Below are positions 20,841 through 27,201 of a stretch of 27,201 nucleotides of DNA, in pieces. The position numbers were made by a program, and so were the translations under genes. This stretch comes from Myxococcales bacterium (GTDB lineage Bacteria; Myxococcota_A; Polyangia; Polyangiales; Polyangiaceae). The stretch's first letter is position 1. Each line of letters opens with the position of its first letter. Location of the stretch: NCBI GenBank assembly GCA_043747615.1, contig JAYTOU010000090.1, forward strand, positions 1 through 27,201. The letters are read 5' to 3'. Below the pieces are notes generated by a model, which saw nothing but the letters and a program-made list of their open reading frames with translations, did no database searches and was not told the origin of the DNA.

Positions 20841-21431
20841 GTGAAGAGGAAGGCGAGACCGCGGGGGTCGAGATCGCGCCCGAGCGCCGTCGACAAGCTG
20901 CGACCCGCCGAAGCGACGGAGCTCCTGCGCGCTCTTCTTACGCGCCACCCGGAGCTCTCGGTCGACGCCGCGTCGATGGCGCAAGCGATGATCACGCGCG
21001 TGTCCGCCGAGGACGTCGCCGCCGCCGTCGAAGAGGCGATTCTCGCGCTCGACATCGACGCGCTCGGTGCGCGCGCTGGGGAGCACGCGGACGGCTACAC
21101 CGAGCCGGCGCAAGCCGCGTGGGAACTGCTGCAAGAGGCGATCGATCCGTTCGTCGAGGATCTCCGGCGGTGCATCGCTCTCGGCTCCGAAGCCGCGGCG
21201 CTAGAGACTTGTCGCGGAATCGTCGTCGGCCTGTATCGCATCCGCGGCAAGAACGCCGAGGCGGTCCTCGGGTGGGCGGAGGACTTCCCCGCCGAAGCCG
21301 CAGCGCAGGCGGTATCGATGCTACGCGCGACCGGCCGAGGCTCTCGGCGATGGTCGCTGCCGAGCGGGTTCGAAGCCGAGGTGCCCGATTGGTCCTCCCG
21401 AGTCGCGCGGTCGCAACGCGAACGAGGATGA
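20841..21431 (+). CDS. Conserved hypothetical all-helical protein
   Basis: Protein-like composition. Motifs GYTEPAQAAWELLQEAIDPF, CRGIVVGLY and WAEDFP. GTG at 20841 is likely (20817 is an alternative). Confidence 0.75.
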   Translation: MKRKARPRGSRSRPSAVDKLRPAEATELLRALLTRHPELSVDAASMAQAMITRVSAEDVAAAVEEAILALDIDALGARAGEHADGYTEPAQAAWELLQEAIDPFVEDLRRCIALGSEAAALETCRGIVVGLYRIRGKNAEAVLGWAEDFPAEAAAQAVSMLRATGRGSRRWSLPSGFEAEVPDWSSRVARSQRERG

Positions 21432-21552
21432 CGGCGGACACCCAACAGGGCTAGAAAGTCGGGGCGGAGCTACATCGACGCGCACCTCTATTTCGTCAAC
21501 CGGGCCGCGGCTTCTTCGATCAGTGAAACCGCACGAAACGAGCAACCGTGAC

Positions 21553-23988
21553 ATGGGAAGAAAGGCGCGCCCGAACGATCAGTGCCCCTGCAAGAGCGGC
21601 ATCAAGTTCAAGAAGTGCTGTGGACGCCCTGCCGGCTCGCCGAAGCCAGCGGGCATGGTCCACACGCCCGCCGAGCGCGGGTCCGCGTTCGAGAAGTTGG
21701 ACTTCTTCATCGACCAGCTGTGGGAGGAGGAAGAAGAAGCGGCGTTCAACGAGTTCTGGGCGCGCCACCTCGACCGCGAAGGCGAGCTCCCTCCCGACCT
21801 CCTCGCCCTGTCGCGCGGCGTCCAGGAAACGTGGTTCGCGTTCGACTACCGGCTCGAAGACGACTCCCGGATCATCGATCACTTCCTCAAGCAGGCGGAG
21901 CTCACGCCCGGCGAGCGGTCGTACCTGTCAGCCTTGCGCTGCTCCTCGATGCGTCTCTACGAGGTCACCGACACCGTTCCCGGCACGTCGATGACGCTGC
22001 GCGATATCGTCGAGGGCACCGTCGTGACGGTGAATGAGCGCATGGGCTCGCGCAGCATCACGCGACACACCTGCCTCGCCGCGCGGGTGATCCCTCGCGG
22101 ATGCTCGGGCGGCCCCGAGATCGAGATGGCCTTGCTCCACATCCCGAACCTCGTCCGCGAGTCGGTGCTCGCGGCGCTGAAGCAGCACCGTGAGGAGTTC
22201 TTCCGCGACGATCCCTCGGGCTCCCTCGACGACTTCTACAAGGAGCTTCCGCCCTTCTTCCACGACGCATGGGTGAGCTCGATCTTCGAGCCCGCCGTTC
22301 CCGAGCTCAGGAACACCGACGGCGAGTCCATGGTGGTGACGCGGGTGTCGTTCCACGTCGACGATGTCGCCGCGTTTGTGCGAGCTCTCGACGGCGCCGA
22401 GGCCGAAGGCATCACGAAGAGCGAAGACGGCGCGTGGGCATGGGCAGGAAACAACGCGGCGGGCACGCTGACGAGCCTGGGAACCATCAAGGTCGAGGGC
22501 GAGACCTTCGCGCTGGAGGCAAACTCCGTGGAGCGAGGTGCGCGCGGTCGAGCACTCCTCGAGCGGCTTGCAGGCTGCGCGCTCCGACACCGGGCGACCA
22601 CGCACGAGGACCTCAGGCGACAGGTCATGGCGGGCGTCACCGCGCAAGTCCTCGGCCGCGAGGACCCACGCGATGCGAAGCGGGAGTCCTCCGAGCGGAG
22701 GCTCGATCCGGAGGTGGCCGAGGCCCTTGTCGCGGAGCACTACGGACGGCACTACCGCGCATGGGTCGACGAGCCCGTTCCCGCCCTCGACGGCCGCACA
22801 CCCCGCGAAGCGTCCAAGATCCCCGCGCTTCGTGCGCGCCTCGAAGATCTCATCCACGGCCTCGAGGGCATGTACGAGAACGCCCTGAAGGATGGCGCGC
22901 CCGCGTACGATCCATCGTGGATGTGGGACGAGCTCGATCTCGGCGCGGAGGTCGACAAGTCGCACCCGCCGCCGCTCGCCCATGTCCGCGTCGCCGAGCG
23001 TGTGCCCGGCAGCGGAGAGGTGTCCCACGCCGCGGCGGAGCGCCTTCGAAAGAACCCAGGGTTCGAGGACGCGGCAACGGTCCTCGGCGAAGAGGAGCTC
23101 CGCGCAGACCTCGAGCTGCAGCGCTTCCTCCGCGTGGAGCGCAGCTCGGCGAACGAGAGCGGCGGAGAAGGCGCGGTGGCCGCGCCCTACCTGCGGTTGA
23201 TGGTCAACTTCGACCTTCACCGCCGCAAAGCCTTCTGGGTCGACGAGGCCCTGTCCTACATGCTCGAGCACACCGATCTCGACGTCGCAGGCGGTGAGCT
23301 GCGTGTCCCATTCCCAAGCTTCGCGCTCGCTCTCACCGATCGGCACGCGCTCTCGCTCGGAGAGCGTCTGCTCGCGCGAACGAAGGACGATCCGCTGCGC
23401 GGGCAGACCCTTCGTGTTGTGACGGTCTACGTGACCGAGTTGCGACGCACGGAGGATCGCGTTCTGGAGATCGTGCTCGCCCTCGACGCGCTCGGAGCGG
23501 ATCTACCGAGCCTCGTGCGGTACGAGGTGCCAGCGGGGACCGAGGCCTCGGTTCGGGGGTTCCTGGACTCGGTCGCGCCGCCGCCCCCCGTCGCGGATCC
23601 ACCGCTGCCGGACGTGAACCCAGTCCGCGGCCTGCTCCGACTGGTGATCAATGCGATCTTGTACGCGACGAGTTCCGGCGTGACACCGCAGGTTCGAACG
23701 GCGCCCCCGCGCGCTCCGCAGAAGACGAAGTCGCTGCTCGCGCCGCCGCCCAGCTCGGACGCCGTCTACTTCCTGCCTGGCACGATCGACATCCGCAGCG
23801 TGCGGCGGTTCCAGGAGCTCGAGCGAGCGCCCGAGGGCCGGTCGATGCTCTCGCGGTTCATGGTGCGCGGCCATTGGCGGCGCCCGCAGAAGGGGTGGAC
23901 GGAACAGAAGCTGCGGTGGATCGAGCCCTACTGGAAGGGGCCGGACATGGCGAGCGCGATCGAGCGGGCCTACAAGCTGAAGCCATGA
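21553..23988 (+). CDS. Multidomain protein: N-terminal SEC-C motif, Xre/MbcA/ParS-like segment, unknown C-terminal domain with VRGHWR motif
   Basis: PNDQCPCKSGIKFKKCC (SEC-C), WVDEPVPALDGRTPREA (MbcA/DUF2384-like) and MVRGHWRR...LRWIEPYWKG at the end. ATG at 21553 or GTG at 21523. Confidence 0.8.
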   Translation: MGRKARPNDQCPCKSGIKFKKCCGRPAGSPKPAGMVHTPAERGSAFEKLDFFIDQLWEEEEEAAFNEFWARHLDREGELPPDLLALSRGVQETWFAFDYRLEDDSRIIDHFLKQAELTPGERSYLSALRCSSMRLYEVTDTVPGTSMTLRDIVEGTVVTVNERMGSRSITRHTCLAARVIPRGCSGGPEIEMALLHIPNLVRESVLAALKQHREEFFRDDPSGSLDDFYKELPPFFHDAWVSSIFEPAVPELRNTDGESMVVTRVSFHVDDVAAFVRALDGAEAEGITKSEDGAWAWAGNNAAGTLTSLGTIKVEGETFALEANSVERGARGRALLERLAGCALRHRATTHEDLRRQVMAGVTAQVLGREDPRDAKRESSERRLDPEVAEALVAEHYGRHYRAWVDEPVPALDGRTPREASKIPALRARLEDLIHGLEGMYENALKDGAPAYDPSWMWDELDLGAEVDKSHPPPLAHVRVAERVPGSGEVSHAAAERLRKNPGFEDAATVLGEEELRADLELQRFLRVERSSANESGGEGAVAAPYLRLMVNFDLHRRKAFWVDEALSYMLEHTDLDVAGGELRVPFPSFALALTDRHALSLGERLLARTKDDPLRGQTLRVVTVYVTELRRTEDRVLEIVLALDALGADLPSLVRYEVPAGTEASVRGFLDSVAPPPPVADPPLPDVNPVRGLLRLVINAILYATSSGVTPQVRTAPPRAPQKTKSLLAPPPSSDAVYFLPGTIDIRSVRRFQELERAPEGRSMLSRFMVRGHWRRPQKGWTEQKLRWIEPYWKGPDMASAIERAYKLKP

Positions 23989-23992
23989 GCCG

Positions 23993-24820
23993 ATGATCGA
24001 GCGCGCGTACATCCACGTGGCGGGGCCGGAGCGCGCGGGGAAGACGACCCTGATCGAGGCGATCCTCGGCGCGTTCGACGGGCCCGCGATCACCGTCCGC
24101 TGCCGGCGCGACGATGACCGGGGCGAGTCCGTCGAGTCCGCGCCCGCGCGCGACGCAGAGCTGCGGCGCTATCGCGAAGCGGGCGCATCGGGTGCCGCGC
24201 GCTTCGACTTTCCCGCCGAAGAGGAAGACGGCGATGGCTTCTTTTGCAGCAAGGTCATGAGCGACTACTCGAAAGCCGTCCTCATCGAGGGCGACTGCCC
24301 CGTCGACTACGTCGACCTCGAGGTGTTCGTCGCGCCGCCGCTCCCTGCCGGCAGTTCGCTCCTGCGGCGGACGAAGCGGCGCACGCCGGCCGTGGCCGCC
24401 TCTGCGCTCGAGGAGATCCTTCTCGCAGTCGGAGGCCGCTCCGCGAGCGCGGCTTTCGGCGGGAGTCGAGCACGAGAGGCGATGGGAGGGGCCGCCGCGA
24501 TCTATGGGGAGAGCTTCGGCGCCAAGGGGGCCGCGCACGCGGGCTGGGAGCTGGCGCCGACGCATCAGGGCCTGGAGCGAGCCGGGCTCGTCGTCGTCAA
24601 CGTGCGCGCGCGCGACGATCGCGATGCGGCGGAGCCGATGCTCGAGGAGATCGCCCGGATCCGGAGCGATGATGCCGTGCGCGCCGCCGTCCTGGGCCGA
24701 TTCGCGCATCGCACGAAGGTCACCGCCGTCGTCGCGGACCTGTCCGATCCGAAGGACTCCGGCACCAAGAAGGCGCTCACGCGCATCAAACGTGCGCTCG
24801 CGCAAAGAGGCCGACCATGA
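23993..24820 (+). CDS. P-loop NTPase, possibly MobB/SIMIBI-like
   Basis: Walker [10 protein letters not shown] near the N-terminus, REAGA, a Walker-B-like AVLIEG and GLVVVN. Confidence 0.7.
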   Translation: MIERAYIHVAGPERAGKTTLIEAILGAFDGPAITVRCRRDDDRGESVESAPARDAELRRYREAGASGAARFDFPAEEEDGDGFFCSKVMSDYSKAVLIEGDCPVDYVDLEVFVAPPLPAGSSLLRRTKRRTPAVAASALEEILLAVGGRSASAAFGGSRAREAMGGAAAIYGESFGAKGAAHAGWELAPTHQGLERAGLVVVNVRARDDRDAAEPMLEEIARIRSDDAVRAAVLGRFAHRTKVTAVVADLSDPKDSGTKKALTRIKRALAQRGRP

Positions 24821-25377
24821 CGATGGCACCCTTCGATGAGCTCTTCCCCGACCTCGCCCGCGCCGAGTCGCGCACGATCAAAGTTTTCGATCACGACCGT
24901 CTTCTCCCCGGCTCGTACCTGCTGCGCGAGGCGTATTGTGTCGAGCCAGGCTGCGATTGCCGCCGAGTGCTGCTCCAGATCTACCACGGCGAACGCCCCC
25001 GCCAGGTCGCGACTCTGAACTACGCCTTCGAGCCGCCCAAGCCTCCGTTCGACGACGAAGGTCAGCTCTTCATCGATCCGATCAACCCGCAGAGCGATCT
25101 GTCCGACGCGCTCCGCGACTTCGTCGAGAACATGATCGCCTCCGATGACGACTACCGCGAGCGCCTTCATCGGCACTACGAGACGTGGAAGGAGGTCGTC
25201 GATGACCCGCGGCATCCGGACCACCAGAAGATTCGCTCCAAGCTCCACGACGATCCCAGCTTCCGACCGGCCTTTCCGAGGCAGGATACCGTTCGACGCG
25301 AGGGCCCAAAGGTGGGACCGAACGACCCTTGCAAATGCGGCAGCGGGAAGAAGTTCAAGAGGTGCTGCCGGCCATGA
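24817..25377 (+). CDS. SEC-C motif protein with [12 protein letters not shown] cysteine cluster
   Basis: ATGA overlap with the upstream stop. Contains [12 protein letters not shown] and C-terminal [20 protein letters not shown]. Confidence 0.85.
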   Translation: MTMAPFDELFPDLARAESRTIKVFDHDRLLPGSYLLREAYCVEPGCDCRRVLLQIYHGERPRQVATLNYAFEPPKPPFDDEGQLFIDPINPQSDLSDALRDFVENMIASDDDYRERLHRHYETWKEVVDDPRHPDHQKIRSKLHDDPSFRPAFPRQDTVRREGPKVGPNDPCKCGSGKKFKRCCRP

Positions 25378-26447
25378 GCGAGCACCAGTGCTATGAGTTC
25401 GTTGCTCTCGACCGGCCGCTCACGCCCTCGCAGATGGCGGAACTTCGTGCGATCTCCACGCGCGCGGACATCACCCCAGCGAGGTTTTGGAACGAGTATC
25501 AGTGGGGCGACCTGAAGGCGGACCCAGCGAAGCTCGTCGAGCGGTACTTCGACGCGCACATGTACTTCGCGAACTGGGGCACGCACCGGCTGATCCTTCG
25601 TGTCCCGGTCAAGCGCGTGGCTCTGAAGAGTCTGCAGGCCTATTTCGTGGGCGATGCGGCACGCGCAAGGGTGGCGGGGGAGCAACTGATTCTCGACCTC
25701 CACAGCGAGGACGAAGAGCCGGACTACTACGAGGAAAGCCAAGGCTCGCTGGCTGCGCTCGCCCCCGTCCGCACGGACTTGATGCGGGGGGACCTTCGCG
25801 TCGCCTACCTCGCGTGGCTTCTCGCGGTGCAAGCGGGCGAGGTCGCCGACAACCATCCAGAGCCGCCGGTGCCTCCCGGCCTTTCCGACCTCACGGCGTC
25901 GCAGGCGGCGATGGCGGAGTTCCTCCGCATCGACGAGGATCTCATCGCCGCGGCAGCCGAGGCGAGCAACGAGACCGCCGACGAGCGTCCTGCGCTCCGA
26001 AAGTGGGTCCTTGCGCTGACTCCGCGCATGAAAGACGACTGGCTGCGGCGAGCGATCGACGAGCCCGACCTCGCGCTCGGCGGCGAGTTGCTGCGAGCGT
26101 ATCGAGCGGAGGCGAAGCCGGCGCTCGCGACGGGCCGCCGCACCGTCGCCGATCTGCTCGCAAGCGCGGAGGCCGACAAGGCAAAGAAGGCTGCGGAGGC
26201 TGCGCGAAACAAGCGCCTCGATCGGCTGTCGGGGCGCGTGGACGCCGCGTGGGCGGATCTCGAGGCACTCGTCGAGAAGAGCGCGTACGAAGAGGCGCTG
26301 ACGCTCGCGACGGACCTGCGCGATCTGTCGAAACGCGACGGCGCGTCTATCCCCTTCGCGGCTCCGTTCGAAGCCATGCGGAAGCGCCAGCTCCGCCGGC
26401 GCGGGTTCTTCGATCGGTGGAAGCGGGCGAACGAGCCGCGACGATGA
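25374..26447 (+). CDS. Conserved hypothetical protein (MSExQxYEF...DRPL family)
   Basis: ATG at 25374 overlaps the upstream stop (ATGA). Motifs [47 protein letters not shown] and EPPVPPGL, then a helical C-terminus. Confidence 0.8.
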   Translation: MSEHQCYEFVALDRPLTPSQMAELRAISTRADITPARFWNEYQWGDLKADPAKLVERYFDAHMYFANWGTHRLILRVPVKRVALKSLQAYFVGDAARARVAGEQLILDLHSEDEEPDYYEESQGSLAALAPVRTDLMRGDLRVAYLAWLLAVQAGEVADNHPEPPVPPGLSDLTASQAAMAEFLRIDEDLIAAAAEASNETADERPALRKWVLALTPRMKDDWLRRAIDEPDLALGGELLRAYRAEAKPALATGRRTVADLLASAEADKAKKAAEAARNKRLDRLSGRVDAAWADLEALVEKSAYEEALTLATDLRDLSKRDGASIPFAAPFEAMRKRQLRRRGFFDRWKRANEPRR

Positions 26448-26465
26448 TGAGGGTGCGCGTCGCGG

Positions 26466-27132
26466 CTAAGCCGGTCCAGTGGCGATCGCGGCGCTCGCCC
26501 GGTTCCACCACTCGATCCAGTTCGTGACGCCTTCCTCGTCGACGACGAGCGCGACGGCGCTGCGCGCACCGTCCCAACGGATCTCTCGGCACAGCGACAC
26601 GAGCACGCGGCGCCGGTTGCGGAGCATGAGCGCGTCCCACGCGCGCGAGACCTCGACGAACGTCGCGCGGACGTGCTCGGGCATGCCCGGCGGCGGGGTC
26701 ACGAAGAGCTTGGGCATGTACCCCTCGATCACGCGCGCAGCGACCTGCGAGCTCGGGCACGGCGAGGGGCCGCGGCAACGGTAGTAGCGCGTGCCGGTCT
26801 CGGGCTGGTGTGGCGCGTTCCACTGCGGTCTTCTGACCTTCCCCGTGGACGACGTCGTCATCCGGCGTCCGTACGCCACGCAGACGAGGAGGCGGCGCAG
26901 AAGAAACGGATCCACGGCACCCTCGACGTCCGGGCGCGGCGTCGGCGGTCGCGTGCGGCGCCGTTCGATCGTCGCGGCCACGCGGTCGAAGAGCTCGCGC
27001 GAGACGACGGCAGCGTGGCCCCCCCTGCGTCCCGTCGGCGAGGAGACCTGCGTACGCCGGATTGCGAAGGATCCGGAGGACAGCCTTCGCCCCCCAGCGA
27101 CCCCACGATTTCGAAGCGCGAGAACGGCGGGG
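26466..27132 (-). pseudogene. Large serine recombinase remnant (recombinase + zinc-ribbon domains), frameshifted
   Basis: One frame reads RWGAKAVLRILRNPAYAGLLADG. A second frame continues GHAAVVSRELFDRV...FLLRRLLVCVAYGRRMT...RYYRC...C. The frames switch at a G7 run (C7 at 27019-27025). An in-frame TGA lies upstream at 27133-27135. Confidence 0.75.
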
Positions 27133-27201
27133 TCACTGGACGGCAGCGCGACATCGTCTCCTCGGAGCGAGCAGCCGCCGGTGGCGACGAGTGAACGCCG
27201 G

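Larger units (their letters stand above)
20539..27201. mobile_element. Probable genomic island integrated at or next to tRNA-Asn (right end outside window)
   Basis: Abrupt switch from housekeeping genes to hypothetical genes directly after a tRNA, plus a serine recombinase remnant. No att duplication seen within the window. Confidence 0.6.

Noticed and set aside
21553..25377. Calling the SEC-C proteins secA
   Set aside because: Only the ~20-aa zinc motif is shared. No SecA helicase domains.
20539..27201. attL/attR duplication of the tRNA 3' end
   Set aside because: No second copy found by eye within the window, so the island boundary is unproven.

Overview
GC-rich bacterial DNA, most likely from a myxobacterium (Polyangiaceae-like), inferred from romR next to valS, a Hanks-type kinase and lipoprotein style. 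Bases 1-20540 look like core chromosome: a partial lipoprotein gene, a Ser/Thr kinase translationally coupled to a photoactive yellow protein (PYP)-V4R fusion, an RluA-family pseudouridine synthase, romR-valS-tldD-tldE-tyrA/CM, a GT39/ArnT-like glycosyltransferase, hslO, an acyl-CoA dehydrogenase, a lipoprotein and tRNA-Asn(GTT). After the tRNA comes a probable genomic island: a palindrome-rich spacer, five co-oriented uncharacterised genes (two SEC-C zinc-motif proteins, a P-loop NTPase, two conserved hypotheticals) and a frameshifted large serine recombinase remnant. The two best candidates for undescribed systems are the kinase + PYP-V4R pair and the SEC-C/NTPase island operon. All family calls come from motif recognition by eye; no searches were run.
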